Source of the DNA: a virus
Taxonomy: Duplodnaviria; Caudoviricetes
IMG/VR virus record: IMGVR_UViG_3300024988_000002
Coordinates: 1 to 63,699 of that record
DNA length: 63,699 nucleotides
Reading direction: 5' to 3' (one strand)
Positions 38,317 to 49,800 of the stretch are shown piece by piece. The notes under the pieces were generated by a model. That model was not told where the DNA came from. It was given only the letters and a program-made list of their open reading frames with translations, and made no database searches. Both the position numbers and the translations under genes were made by a program. Each line of letters starts with the position of its first letter. Position 1 is the first letter of the stretch.

Positions 38317-38400
38317 TCCCCCACTACCCACGCAAGTTGGCCCGAGAGGTAAAGCGACACGCAAGAAAAGCGCAACTAAGTTCGCTGCTCTCTGCGCCCT

Positions 38401-38778
38401 ATGGCGACCCCCGAAGGCAAAATCAAAGCAAAGGTCAAATCGCGCTTACAACGCGAGTTCGGCGACGCGCACTGGCGGTTCATGCCGGTGCAGCATGGCT
38501 TTGGCTCGGTAGCGCTCGACTTTCTCATTTGTATTTCAGGACGGTTCGTAGCGATCGAGACCAAGGCCGATCCGTCAAAGAAACTTTCGCCATTACAGCA
38601 GACGACGGCAGCGGCTATCAGCTCAGCGGGCGGTTGGGTGTTCGTTGTTTCCGATGACGCAAGCCTCGACGAGGCGATTGCAAAAATAAAACTAGCGTTG
38701 GAGTTTGATAATGACTGGCACCAGCGTGCCCAAAGTTACCGCGGCGGTAACGCGCCGCCCGACCAAGACGAGGCGTAA
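38401..38778 (+). CDS. VRR-NUC family nuclease / Holliday junction resolvase
   Basis: MATPEGKIK..VK, DFL.C..GRFVAIETK, LQ......I..AGG..FVV. Confidence 0.85.
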   Translation: MATPEGKIKAKVKSRLQREFGDAHWRFMPVQHGFGSVALDFLICISGRFVAIETKADPSKKLSPLQQTTAAAISSAGGWVFVVSDDASLDEAIAKIKLALEFDNDWHQRAQSYRGGNAPPDQDEA

Positions 38779-38920
38779 CAACACCTGCGCGCCGTCTTCA
38801 AAGACCAAGCGCCTGTCGCGCCAGCTCGCCGGCATCATGGCGCACCTGCAACAGCACCCCAACGACCAGCTCTCTCAGGCGCGCGTGGCGAAGATCACCG
38901 CGATGTTGAAGGAGTGATGG

Positions 38921-39166
38921 ATGATCGTCGAAGACTATAACTGGTGGGCCGACGAGCCGCGCGAGAAGTGGACGCACTGCAGACGCGGCCACCCCTACAA
39001 CGAGAGAAACACCCAATACAAAAACTCTAAGAAGGCTGACGGCGTCGTCTATCGAGTTCGCGCCTGCCGCCGCTGCAAAGCCCTTGCTGATGCGCGTTAT
39101 CGAGCGCGCCAGCGCCGAGGTCATGTGCAGAGCAGCGTTCAGAACACACTGGAGGCGCGGGTCTGA
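38921..39166 (+). CDS. Small zinc-binding protein (HC..GH...R.C..C module, as found appended to HNH proteins)
   Basis: THCRRGHPY...NT...RACRRC. Confidence 0.6.
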   Translation: MIVEDYNWWADEPREKWTHCRRGHPYNERNTQYKNSKKADGVVYRVRACRRCKALADARYRARQRRGHVQSSVQNTLEARV

Positions 39167-40704
39167 TGCGCTGTGTCATATCACGTGCCAACAAGGCTCT
39201 GCTCGTGCCGAACGACGGCCGCGCTGCGAACCTGTTTCCCGCCGCGCCGGTTCTCGACAAGTACCGCGTGGTCCCGCACGACATCCACAGCGTCGTGCTC
39301 CTGCGCTCGCTCAGCTACGAAGTGCCGAACCCGGCGCTCTGCTACTACGACTGGAAAGGTGGCAAGCCGTTCGCCGTGCAGCGCGCCACGGTCGATCTGC
39401 TGACGACCAATCCGCGCGCCTACGTGCTCAACTCGATGGGCACCGGCAAGACGAAGGCGGCGCTCTGGGCGTGGGATTACATGCTCGCGCAGAAGCTGGC
39501 GGGCAAGGCGCTGGTGCTCACTACACTGTCGAACCTGCACACCACCTGGGCCGCGGAGGCGTTCGCTACGGTGCCGGGTCGCAAAGCTGTTGTTTTGTAC
39601 GGCACCAAGCAAAAGCGGCTCCAGTTACTCAACGAAGACGCCGATCTCTACATCATCAATCACGATGGCTTGAAAACCATCCAAGCGGCATTGTCGCTTC
39701 GCACCGACATCGACACGCTGATCCTCGACGAGCTCGCCGTCTACCGCAACAACTCAGAGCGATCCAAGGCGATGCGCAAATTCTCGCAACGCTTCAAGAT
39801 CGTGTGGGGGCTGACCGGCGCTCCGATGCCGCAGGCCCCGACCGACGTGTGGGCGCAAGCCCAGATCGTCACCCCACACACCGTGCCGAAGTATTTCCGG
39901 CAGGCCCAAGAACTGCTGATGAACAAGGTGAACAATTTCAAATGGACGCCGAAGCAAGACGCGATCCAGACCGCGTTCCGGATGCTGCAGCCGAGCGTGC
40001 GCTACTCCATCGACGCCGTGGTGGAGCTGCCCGAGGTTGTCCACCGCACGCTGGATACGCCGCTGACCAAAGAACAGAAGGTCGCCTATGACGCGCTCTC
40101 GAAAGCATTCCAAGCGGATGTCCAAGGCGAGAAGATTACGGCGGTCAACGCTGCGGTTGCGATGGGGAAGCTACTACAAGTCTCCGGAGGTTGGGTCTAC
40201 GCGGGTAGTAAGAGCGTCGCGCTCGATAATAGCCCCCGGGTTGATACTCTCGTGGACCTTGTGAACGCGAACGAACGAAAGGCGCTGATCTTTGTCCCGT
40301 ACCTGCACGCGATCGAAGGGCTCTCGCCGCTACTGGAGAAAGCGGGCATTGAGCATGCAGTTGTCCATGGCGGTGTCTCTTCGTCGGCACGATCCGACAT
40401 CTTACGAGCGTTTCAACACACTGACAAATACAAGGCACTTCTCGCTCACCCTGCGTGCCTTGCGCATGGGCTTACGCTTACGGCAGCCGATCTGATCGTC
40501 TGGTACATGCCGATCACGAGCCTGGATATTTACGACCAGGCCAACGCGCGCATCTCTCGCATCGGCCAGAAACATCGGCAGCAAGTGATCCATCTTTGCT
40601 CCACTCCCGTAGAGAAAAAAATCTATTCGCTCCTGCGCAGCAAGGCCAACGTGCAGGCGCAACTTCTAGCAATGTTGGCCAACGCAACCCAGGAGGCAGC
40701 ATGA
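39166..40704 (+). CDS. SNF2-like superfamily 2 helicase
   Basis: MGTGKT, IINHDG, ILDE, LTGAP, HGLTLT, QANARISRIGQ. Confidence 0.9.
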   Translation: MRCVISRANKALLVPNDGRAANLFPAAPVLDKYRVVPHDIHSVVLLRSLSYEVPNPALCYYDWKGGKPFAVQRATVDLLTTNPRAYVLNSMGTGKTKAALWAWDYMLAQKLAGKALVLTTLSNLHTTWAAEAFATVPGRKAVVLYGTKQKRLQLLNEDADLYIINHDGLKTIQAALSLRTDIDTLILDELAVYRNNSERSKAMRKFSQRFKIVWGLTGAPMPQAPTDVWAQAQIVTPHTVPKYFRQAQELLMNKVNNFKWTPKQDAIQTAFRMLQPSVRYSIDAVVELPEVVHRTLDTPLTKEQKVAYDALSKAFQADVQGEKITAVNAAVAMGKLLQVSGGWVYAGSKSVALDNSPRVDTLVDLVNANERKALIFVPYLHAIEGLSPLLEKAGIEHAVVHGGVSSSARSDILRAFQHTDKYKALLAHPACLAHGLTLTAADLIVWYMPITSLDIYDQANARISRIGQKHRQQVIHLCSTPVEKKIYSLLRSKANVQAQLLAMLANATQEAA

Positions 40705-40977
40705 AAACCGCCGCCAAGAAAGCGATCCCCCAGGCGCCCCGACGCGCCGCGAAGGTCAAGAACGTTCGTAACGAAAGGACCACACCGATGAAGAAGTTTC
40801 CGTTGAAGGCCCGCGTCCCGTTGAAGATCGGCGACAAGGTACGCACCGACATCAACGGCGGCGTGCATGTTGTCGAACATGACCGCAATGGTCTGTTCAT
40901 CCGCTGCGCCTATGGCCGGCACTACTTGCTCGACCACGGCTACCGTGACGGTAACGCGGTCGTCGGGGTGTCAGCCG

Positions 40978-41400
40978 ATGCTTGACACCACCGACGCTTC
41001 CAAAGAAGCCACCAAGAAGTTCGAGAAGCGTACAGCACAGTACGTGGCTGTGCGCGACAAGATCAAAGAGATCAGCGAACGGCACGCCGAAGAGCTCAAG
41101 CCGCTCGTCGATCTGCAGAACGATCTCACCGCGTGGTTCACGGAAGAGTTATCGCGGGTCGGCGCACAGAGCGTGAAGACCGGAGAAGGAACTGTTTACC
41201 AGTCCACTCGCTACAGTGCGTCCCTTTCGGACCCCAAGGCTTTCATGGACTACGTCATCGGCAACAGCGCGTTCGACCTGCTCGACCGCAAGGCGAACTC
41301 GACCGCGGTGCGCGACTTCGTTGAGCAGCACAAGTCTGAACCGCCCGGCTGCCGGCTGAGCGCTGTTCGCACCATCGGCGTGCGCCGCGCCGCGAAGTAA
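40978..41400 (+). CDS. Hypothetical replication-region protein
   Basis: Coiled-coil N-terminus, SVKT..GTVY, PPG; typical neighbour of phage SSB/helicase genes. Confidence 0.65.
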   Translation: MLDTTDASKEATKKFEKRTAQYVAVRDKIKEISERHAEELKPLVDLQNDLTAWFTEELSRVGAQSVKTGEGTVYQSTRYSASLSDPKAFMDYVIGNSAFDLLDRKANSTAVRDFVEQHKSEPPGCRLSAVRTIGVRRAAK

Positions 41401-41730
41401 TTACCGCGACGGTAAATCAACAGGAAAACCGATGAACACACTCGACACGGAAGAAGGCCAGAAGAAGTTCACCGAACGAATGCTCGACCTCGTCAAGGAG
41501 TTTGGCGGCGACTGCGCGGCGTGGATTGTCTCGGATAGGGACGCGCAACCGATGGCTTTCGGTGCCGCCGGCACAGACACGACGGGGACACGCGAGCTGC
41601 TCTGCCGCGCCATCAGCATCAGCTACGCCTATGACCGTGGGGTGGTTGGCGGCGCCGAGATCATCAGTGACGCCCGCAAGGTGAACTAAACCCCAACAAC
41701 CACAAAGTTTAAGAACGTAACGGAGTAATT

Positions 41731-42903
41731 ATGACCAGCACTTCCCTCATGAACGTCGACGCGTTCAACAACCAGCTCCCCGACGCAGCCTTCGCGTCGC
41801 TCAACCCCGAGAGCGAAAGCCTTGCCGACGGCATCGGCCAGAGCTACGGCATCATCGGCTACAAAGGCAAAGTGTGGACGCTGCGCTACCGCGGAGAGAA
41901 CTACACCTTCACCCGCCCTGACGACGGTTCGCCGTCTGCGTTCCTCGATTGCATCGTGCTGCGCTCGGCCTCGTACCGCTCGAAGTCGTTCTACAAGGAC
42001 GGCTACCAGGAAGGCGTCAGCGGATTGCGGCCGACCTGCGCCTCGCTCAACGGCGTGACGCCCGATGCCGACGCTCCGGAGCCGCAGGCATCGGCTTGCT
42101 CGCTGTGCCCGCGCAACGAGTTCAAACAGAACGCCAACGGCCGCAAGGGCAAGGACTGCAGCGACTACAAGCGTCTTGCTGTTCTCATTCTGCCGTCGCA
42201 GTCGGCGCCGCTGTTTGGGGGCTCGGCCCTCATGGAGCCGGTGTTCCTGCGCGTCCCTGCAGCGTCCCTCAACGATCTGGCGACGCTGGGCGAAGCCATG
42301 AGCAAGAAGGGCTTCCACTACGCCACCTACATCACCCGCATCGGGTTCGATGTGGAGAAGCCGCATCCGCAGATGACGTTCCGTGCGGTGCAGAAGCTGT
42401 CGGCACAGGAAGCGCCGCTCGTGATCGAGATGCGGGAGGACCCGCAAGCGTATCGCATCACGGGCGAGAACGAAGTGGGAAAGTCGCAGCCTGCGAGCGC
42501 GAATACACAGCTCAGTGCGCCGCAGACGCAGCAAGCCTCCTCGCAGGTGAGTTCAACCCCGTCAAACGCTTCTTCGACGACGACTACGACTACCTCGGCC
42601 CCATCGACTACGACCTCGACGACTTCCTCGCCCGATACTTCCAGCGGAGCGGCCGATGAAGTAGCGAAGCTCAAGGCTATGCTCGCCGCTGCGGAAGCCA
42701 AGAACAAAGCGGCTGCTACGGCCCATGAGCCGGCGAACGAGCCGATCAACACTGGCTTTGGCGGGGTGGTCGGGCTCGGCACGAGCCAGCCTGCGATCGA
42801 AGTATCTGCGGGCTCGATCTCCGACAATGCCGCCGACACCGGCCCGGCTGACGAAAGCGATGTTGACCTCGACGCCAGAGTAGCGGGGTTGCTTCAACGC
42901 TGA
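41731..42903 (+). CDS. Putative ssDNA-binding/annealing protein
   Basis: PTC.S.NGVTPD...C..CP.N...GK.C...RLAV, LRVPAASL; S/T-rich linker and acidic tail. Confidence 0.6.
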   Translation: MTSTSLMNVDAFNNQLPDAAFASLNPESESLADGIGQSYGIIGYKGKVWTLRYRGENYTFTRPDDGSPSAFLDCIVLRSASYRSKSFYKDGYQEGVSGLRPTCASLNGVTPDADAPEPQASACSLCPRNEFKQNANGRKGKDCSDYKRLAVLILPSQSAPLFGGSALMEPVFLRVPAASLNDLATLGEAMSKKGFHYATYITRIGFDVEKPHPQMTFRAVQKLSAQEAPLVIEMREDPQAYRITGENEVGKSQPASANTQLSAPQTQQASSQVSSTPSNASSTTTTTTSAPSTTTSTTSSPDTSSGAADEVAKLKAMLAAAEAKNKAAATAHEPANEPINTGFGGVVGLGTSQPAIEVSAGSISDNAADTGPADESDVDLDARVAGLLQR

Positions 42904-42937
42904 ACCGAAGCGATAGCGCAGGGGAAGTGTTGGGTAC

Positions 42938-45900
42938 TTGAATGTGAGCGACGCACGGAAGTTTTTGGGGGGCGTATTGGCCTGGCCGGAGGACGAGCAG
43001 TCCCCCGGCTGGGTCAACGTGCACGTCAACTCCAAGAACGATGACCCGAGCGACACTAGCAATAAGAACAACGGCGGCAAGCCGTGGGTTGTCGGCTGGC
43101 CGTTTAAGGCCATTGACGATGCGCTGAGCCGCATCAACTGGTGCGAGAGCACCGGCAAGTTTTACAACGCCTGGGTCTGCATGTCGCAACAGAGCGCGTG
43201 CACCAAGAGCCAGAAGACCGGCAAGCCCAAGGCGGTGCGTAGCGCGCAGACCGCCACCTATCTCAAGGCGATCTGGGTCGACGTCGACGTCAAGGCGGGA
43301 AGCCCGAAGCACTACGCAACCCAGGTCGACGCGTGGGCGGCGATCATGGCGTTCCACAAGAAGGTCGGTCTGCCGGACCCCTCCATGGTCGTGGACTCCG
43401 GGGGCGGTCTGCACATCTACTGGACCAGCAAAGATCATTTGTCGCTCGACGAGTGGAAGCCCTACGCTGTCGGCCTCAAGGCGCTGCTCATTCAAGAAGG
43501 TGTGAAGTGCGATGCCGGGCTGACCACCGACGCGGTGCGTATCCTGCGGGTCCCTGACACGCTGAACCACAAGTACACGCCAGCGCGCCCGGTGAAGCTG
43601 CTCCATGCCGGCGACGAGTACGACTTCCCTAAAGATCTAGCCGTGCTGCTTACGGTTACCGCCGCGGTAACGCCGGCTGAGAAACCGGCGATCGTAATCG
43701 AGCCTGGGCACGAGCACTTGATCGGTGACCATCCTGACCCGGCTTTCGCCGCGCTCAAGCCCGACAACGCGCTGCAGGCGGGCTGCGGGCCATCAGGCCC
43801 GTTGCTGATCGACCCGACGCCGATCTTCGCAGAGAAAGGTTGCAAGTGGTTGCGCGAGGCGCTGCGCACCGGCGGGGCCGGCTTCGACCAGCCGCAGTGG
43901 AATTTGTCAGTGCTGTGCACCGTCTTCATGGAGAAGGGCAATGCGTTCGCGCATGAAATCTCAAAGGGTCACGCGGAATACGGCTCGGGGGACGACACGC
44001 AGGCGCTCTACGATCGCAAGGTGGCGGACCGAGCAGACCGCGGAGTTGGGTACCCAAGCTGCGCCACTATTGCTGGCGCTGGCAGCGCGCATTGCGCGAC
44101 GTGCGACCATTTCAAGAAAGGGAAGTCACCGCTCAACATACGCGCTCTAAAGCCAGCGCCCACGAACGCGGTTACTGCGGCGGTAAACGGCAAGACGCTG
44201 CTGCTTCCCAACAGGTACTTCGTCGGCGACGACAACAAGATCTACTTCATGGACCACCGCCTGGTGAAAGGCGAATACGTCGACGATCCGAAACAGCTCT
44301 TTCACAACATCATCGACGACGCGTATTCCACCAAGAACCCCGAGGCGCTGCACCTGCATATCTCAACCGACAAGGGGAATTGGGACTGGATCACAATCGA
44401 GAAAGTGGACTTCGCCGGTCCCGGCTACGAGAAGAAGCTCGCTCAAGCGGGGTTGGACTATTGCGGCGAGAACAAGACAAAGTTGGAGGCGTTTTTTATG
44501 AGTTTCCTTGCACGTATGAAAGAAGCTGCTGAGCAGCAGGCCACCGTCAAATTCGGCTGGTACCGGCCGAAGGGACCGATCGAGGGGTTCGCCTATGCCG
44601 GCCACATCTTCAAGACCGACGGATCGAGCACGCCGGCGAGCTACCCCGATGCAAACCTGCGCAGAAACTACCAGCCTCGTGGCAGCGTAGAGAACTGGCA
44701 TACGACCGCTTCGTACATCTTCCGCCAGCGTCGGTCCGACTTCGATACCATCATCGCAACCGCATTCGCCGCGCCGCTGATGGAGCTGACCGGACAGTCT
44801 GGTGTGATCGTCGCCTCGATGGGCGACCCGGGCTCGGGGAAGAGCTACGCGATGGAGGTCGCCGCGGCGGTGTGGGGTAACCACAAACAGACCGTCGAGC
44901 GCGAGGGCACGACCGACAAGTCGTTGATCCACAAGCTGGGCTCGCTCGGGCATCTGCCGGCGTATTGGGACGAAATCAGCGACCCTGTCCCGCAGGCGAG
45001 GTTTTTCGGCGTCGCGCAGCAAATCTCGGGGGGTGGCGAGGGCGGCAGGTTGACCCAGAACATCAAGCAACAGAACCGCGGCGAGTGGAGCACCGTCCTC
45101 AACATCAACGGCAACAAGAGCTGGCGCGATTATGTGGTTTCAAAGCAGAAAGAGCACGGTGCCGGCTTGCGCCGCGTGCTCGAATACTGGGTGCCGAAGG
45201 ATGTGCCGAACCCGCAAGGTCAGGTCCCGCCCAGCGAAGCCGATACCGCCCGCGCGCTGCTGCTTCACAATTATGGCGTCGTCGGCGAGCAGTACGCGCG
45301 GTACCTCGCGACGCACATGAGCCAAGTCTACCAGATGCTCAAGGCCAACACCGAATACTTCGAGGCCAAGCTGCAGCCCGACAAGCGAGAGAGCATGTGG
45401 CTGGCCGGGTGCGCAGTGCTGCTCACCGGCGCCGAGATCGCCACCAAGCTGGACACGCCGGTGGAGTTCAACATCGGGCGGCTGGCCGACTTCTTGATCA
45501 ACGTGTTCTTGAGCAACCGGCGCTACAGCAGCACCGCGCACACGAGCCCAACGGATAATGCGGAAGACTACCTCGCGCAGTACCTCAAGGACCGCTCAGA
45601 TGAAACGATCTGGACAATGGGCACATTCAAGGGCAGGGGGCGGCCGGGGCAGCAAGGGCAAGTAGAGTGGCGTCGCTTGCAGCCGAATGCCAGTGTGCGC
45701 AACGGCATTTCAGTGCGGTGGGATGGTCAGTCGATGACATTGAGTTTCTCGAAGACCAACTTCGTGGATTGGTGCGCCGGCAAGCCGGATAAGCGCGACC
45801 CCAACGTCATCGTTCGGGCGCTGGAAGGGATCTACAAGCTGCGCGGCGACCGCCGCATGCTCTGCGCCGGCACACCGTTCAAGATGCCGAGGGAGTGGGT

Positions 45901-46030
45901 GTACGTTATCGACGTCTCGCCGTACCCCACGCTGCGCGAGATCATGGACGCGTTCGTGGAGCAAACTCAGCTAAACGCGGATCTTGGCACTCCGACAGGG
46001 GTTGCGGGAGTGACGGGGACGGGGCCGTAG
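42938..46030 (+). CDS. Primase-helicase (RepB-type primase N-terminus, DUF927-like ATPase)
   Basis: WVDVD, SGGGLHIYW, RILRVP.TLNHK; Cys cluster; GDPGSGKS, WDEI, NYGVVG. Confidence 0.85.
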   Translation: MNVSDARKFLGGVLAWPEDEQSPGWVNVHVNSKNDDPSDTSNKNNGGKPWVVGWPFKAIDDALSRINWCESTGKFYNAWVCMSQQSACTKSQKTGKPKAVRSAQTATYLKAIWVDVDVKAGSPKHYATQVDAWAAIMAFHKKVGLPDPSMVVDSGGGLHIYWTSKDHLSLDEWKPYAVGLKALLIQEGVKCDAGLTTDAVRILRVPDTLNHKYTPARPVKLLHAGDEYDFPKDLAVLLTVTAAVTPAEKPAIVIEPGHEHLIGDHPDPAFAALKPDNALQAGCGPSGPLLIDPTPIFAEKGCKWLREALRTGGAGFDQPQWNLSVLCTVFMEKGNAFAHEISKGHAEYGSGDDTQALYDRKVADRADRGVGYPSCATIAGAGSAHCATCDHFKKGKSPLNIRALKPAPTNAVTAAVNGKTLLLPNRYFVGDDNKIYFMDHRLVKGEYVDDPKQLFHNIIDDAYSTKNPEALHLHISTDKGNWDWITIEKVDFAGPGYEKKLAQAGLDYCGENKTKLEAFFMSFLARMKEAAEQQATVKFGWYRPKGPIEGFAYAGHIFKTDGSSTPASYPDANLRRNYQPRGSVENWHTTASYIFRQRRSDFDTIIATAFAAPLMELTGQSGVIVASMGDPGSGKSYAMEVAAAVWGNHKQTVEREGTTDKSLIHKLGSLGHLPAYWDEISDPVPQARFFGVAQQISGGGEGGRLTQNIKQQNRGEWSTVLNINGNKSWRDYVVSKQKEHGAGLRRVLEYWVPKDVPNPQGQVPPSEADTARALLLHNYGVVGEQYARYLATHMSQVYQMLKANTEYFEAKLQPDKRESMWLAGCAVLLTGAEIATKLDTPVEFNIGRLADFLINVFLSNRRYSSTAHTSPTDNAEDYLAQYLKDRSDETIWTMGTFKGRGRPGQQGQVEWRRLQPNASVRNGISVRWDGQSMTLSFSKTNFVDWCAGKPDKRDPNVIVRALEGIYKLRGDRRMLCAGTPFKMPREWVYVIDVSPYPTLREIMDAFVEQTQLNADLGTPTGVAGVTGTGP

Positions 46031-46138
46031 TCACGGCCTCCGCGGGCGCTGCTAAGTGGGCGGTGCGCAGCGTGTCAATCGACACGCTGGCCAGGGCGTA
46101 AATCAACAGAAGGGGGGCGATGAATTTCATGGCGTCCC

Positions 46139-46375
46139 TCAATCGTCGCTATCTTTTGTGAACTTGAATTTGCGCCGGGAGGCTGACGTCTTCCGGCGGT
46201 CGACTTTGAGTCGGAATTGAATGGTCGTGTTGGGGAGCTTTTCCCGTGTGCGGCGGTCGCGAACAACAAAATCGAACACATGCACAAGGCCGCAAGAACA
46301 GCACTGGTTTGTGAACCCGCGCTTCGTCGGCTCGATCCATTCACCTTCGTAGATTTGCTCGTAGCCATCAGACAT
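46139..46375 (-). CDS. Small CCSCGLVH-motif protein
   Basis: EWIEP...CCSCGLVH.FDF; last gene of the late operon. Confidence 0.65.
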   Translation of the reverse strand: MSDGYEQIYEGEWIEPTKRGFTNQCCSCGLVHVFDFVVRDRRTREKLPNTTIQFRLKVDRRKTSASRRKFKFTKDSDD

Positions 46376-46400
46376 CGCCGCCCCCTTACCGCCACGGTAA

Positions 46401-46664
46401 TTACGAGCGCGGCTTGATCGCCGGCAGCGACTTGCCGCGGGCCTTGGGGGCCGCCATGCAGCCGGTGCCCTGACCTGGGCCACTCTTGCCGTATTTCTGG
46501 TCTTCGTCCGCGGTGTCGCCTACGACATCGGCGCTCTGGCGCTTGCCTTCGTCAGGATCGCGAAACTCGACAGGCTCCTTAAGAAAGTCACGGGTTCTAC
46601 CGAGAGCGGGGCCGCCCTTGGCGCTGTCTGAAATGTCTTGGGGCTTGCTTCCCTTGGCGTACAT
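46401..46664 (-). CDS. Small basic Gly/Lys-rich protein
   Basis: MYAKGS...SAKGG...TRDFLK; GGAG RBS. Confidence 0.6.
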   Translation of the reverse strand: MYAKGSKPQDISDSAKGGPALGRTRDFLKEPVEFRDPDEGKRQSADVVGDTADEDQKYGKSGPGQGTGCMAAPKARGKSLPAIKPRS

Positions 46665-46794
46665 TGGGCTTCTCCGCTTGCTTCTGTCCTGGAAACTTCC
46701 CGCCGTTCGCGTGCCACAACTCGACTTGCGCCTTGTTGAAGTGGCGTCCGGACGGGCTCACATAATCGTTGGTTCCGACCTTCTGAAATGGCAT
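46597..46794 (-). CDS. Small basic protein
   Basis: MPFQKVG..DYVSPSGR.F..AQV; GAGGG RBS. Confidence 0.55.
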   Translation of the reverse strand: MPFQKVGTNDYVSPSGRHFNKAQVELWHANGGKFPGQKQAEKPNVRQGKQAPRHFRQRQGRPRSR

Positions 46795-46820
46795 GTTTCC
46801 CTCGACTGGTTGTGGTTTTC

Positions 46821-49800
46821 CTATCGGGTCGCCTTGGTGTAAAGGCCCTCCAGTGGGCCGCGGCCGGACCTATTGCGCTGCCGCAGCGACTGCATGTTGT
46901 ATCGCGACGTCTTCGCCGAGTAGGCGACCGACCGCCGGCTCGGGTTCTTGATGTCGAGCATCTGATCGCGGAGGCCGCCAGCGACGCTGTGCCCGCTGTC
47001 CACGGTGTTGGCGTAGGTGTTGTACGGCGAGAATAGGTTGCGCGCAGCAAACTCGCCGGCCTCGACCGCCGCCTGCCCGCCAGCACGCACGTTGCCTTTT
47101 GCCGCTTGGGCTACGAGCCCACGTTCAACGATCGGCTTGCCGCGATAGTCCCGATTGTCCTTTGCCTGCAGCACTGCGGTGAGCAGCGGCGAGGGCGTGA
47201 CCAGGCTCTTGAGCGGCGCCGTGATGTCTTCCTTGCCCCGCAGCGCATCGACGATATGCGCCGGCACCGAGATCGGGCCGCGGCGCTGCTGTGAGGCGCC
47301 CTTGTTGCCGGTGATGTATTTCGCCGCGGCGTCCAGCGCCGGGTAAATGACCAGCCCGAGCAGCCCCATTGCGAAGAGGTGCCCGAGCGCGTCGATCTTG
47401 GCCGCGCCGTTCCCCTTGACCAAGTCGCGGATGGTGTTGCCGTAGGAGTTCATGATGCCCCAGTGGTAGCGGCCGAACACCGTGGCAGCGGGCTCAAGAA
47501 GGAGCTGAGCGACGACCCGGGCGCCTGCTCCGGTGCCGAGCACCGTGGACGGCACGCGGTAATTCGGGATGTGGCGCTCGGCGTGGATGATGGCCTGGTC
47601 GATGTCCATGCCTTCGTTCATGCGCTCCATGATGGCCTGGGTCAGGAACATATCGTTGCCCGCCCACATGACGCGGCTGGATGCCTTGTAAACCGCCCGC
47701 ACGAGGTCGCTGGGGCCGACGCCAAACTTCCGGGCGATTGGGTCCCACCTTGCCGGCTGCTTCCTCACGGCCTCGCCAAAGCCGCGGGCGAGGTTGTTCA
47801 CGGCGTCCTGCGTGAGCACGCCGCTGTAGATCGTGCTGCCGCCGTTCTGCCGGATGGCTTTCTGGAAGTCGTCCTGCGTGACGACTGACTTGATCGCCTT
47901 GAGGCTGGTGTCGGCGAGCGACAGGTACGACTTCGGGACCGCCCAACGCTGGCCGCGGCCAACGAACCAGTGGCCACCGACGTTGGCAAGGTGCGCCACC
48001 GGCAGCCAGAAGATGGTCTTGGTGATCGCCTGGCTGATGCGGCGAATATACGCCACCGCGCCTTCGTTGATGCCGGGCTGCGCCATGTCATCGAGCGCGT
48101 AGGCGAGCTGCGGGTCGAAATGCCAGGCGCCATTCTTCCCGCTAAAATTGGCAAGTTTGGTCGGCAAGTAACCGTCGGGGATTTTGGCGCCCGGCGGTGC
48201 AGCGTACTTCAAGAACTCGGGGTCCTCTTTGAAGCCCTCGACGAATTTGTTGTAGCGCAGGATGCGACCCAGGTCGTAGTTCGCCATCGCCGCCGACAGC
48301 GCCGCGTTGTGGTAATACTTCGCCTTCTCGCCGGGGCCGAACAGCGCGTGGTCCTCGATCTCCGAGGTCAGCGCCTTCTTCATGGTGAAGGTCTTGCCCC
48401 CCACCGTGTACTGCTTGCCCGGCGCGTACTCGAAGTTCTCGTCCGTCACCTTGATCGGCTTGCGGTTGTGCCACACGGTGAAACCGTCGTCGTTCGCCGC
48501 GATCAGGAAGCGGTTACCCTTGGGGTCCTCCATCGCATAGAACTTCCGCTCCAGCATGGTGTTGACCGGGCGGACAGGCAGACCCTGACGGCCGGACACG
48601 ATTGGGTCGTCGCGCTCGTCATCCACAAACATATTGCGGTCGGCCTTCTCGCCGGCCGGGATACGCATCGCGTGGTCGCCCTCGACCTTCTCGCCGAGCA
48701 TTGCGACAAGGTGCTTTGGCAGCACGGTCTTGGCGGCTTCGTACAGCGCGTCGTTCTCGTTGAAGAGCGGCTCCAGGTATTTGTTGTAGAGCGCCTGCTC
48801 CTTCGGATCGAGGTTGCCGATGGTGCCGGCCTCGCGCGCATCGTAGAGCCGGCGCAGCGTCGCCGGGTTGTTCAACTCCTTCGGCAGCGACTTCGACCAG
48901 TGCTGCAGGTCGATCAGTTGCTGCTCATTGCCCTTGATGACCTTCACCGCCTCGGTGGACAGCGAGCGAGCGTATTGCTCCGCCGCGGATTTGGCGGGGC
49001 GGGCGATATGGCTCTCCAGCTTGGCGTGCTTGAAGTAGTCGCCGGCTTTGACCTTGGCTTTGAACTTCTGGATGTCGGCGATGATCTTGTCGAGATTGAG
49101 CGCACCGGCTTCATCATCCATGAACAGCCGTCCCAAGCTCTTCGTCGTCGGGTCGCGCGCCTCTTTCGTCATCTTGACGATGTCGGCGCTGTCCAGGCGC
49201 GAGCCAGGGCGCGGCGCCGACGCCCCTTCAAGGAGCCGCTTGATGTATTCCGGATCGAGCGTCTTCGGGTCGATCTTGCGCACCGCGGAGGCTTTGGGGT
49301 TCTCCGGCGTGGAGCCTTCTCCGAGCGCCACCCCGGTCTTGCTGCTGCCGACCATGCCGCCCTTGTTGGTGCTGCGCTTCTGCACCAGGGCTGCGGCGAG
49401 CGCGGCCCGGTCGCTCGGGTTGTTCGTGTCCAGGTGTTTGGTCGCCGCGCGCTCCTCCGCGATGCTTTCGGGCGTGGCGGGCTCTGGGCGCACCATGCTC
49501 TCGGCTTCTTCGTGCGGCACGTCGAACTCGCCTTTGGAGGCGTTCGCGCGGTCGATCGCGTCGATGATGTCGTCTTCAACGCTGTTATGCGTGGCGCGCT
49601 CGGCCTCGGCCCCCGCGATTGCCTCGTCGCCTGAACGCTTGGACAAACCAATATCGCTCTCGATGCGGCCGGTGGCGCGCGCCTCTGCGACACCTTCGCC
49701 GCCGCTGCGCAACAGCTTCTCCTGCGCGCGGAAGGCTTCGACCGCCTTGTCGCTGGGGTTCTTCGCGCGTAGCAGCTTGCGCGCCTCGCGCTCCATCACG

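Noticed and set aside
47970-49634. Long opposite-strand ORFs (also 16832-18055, 26382-27473, 15801-16658)
   Set aside because: Fully overlap well-supported genes and are expected shadows of GC3-rich coding sequence.
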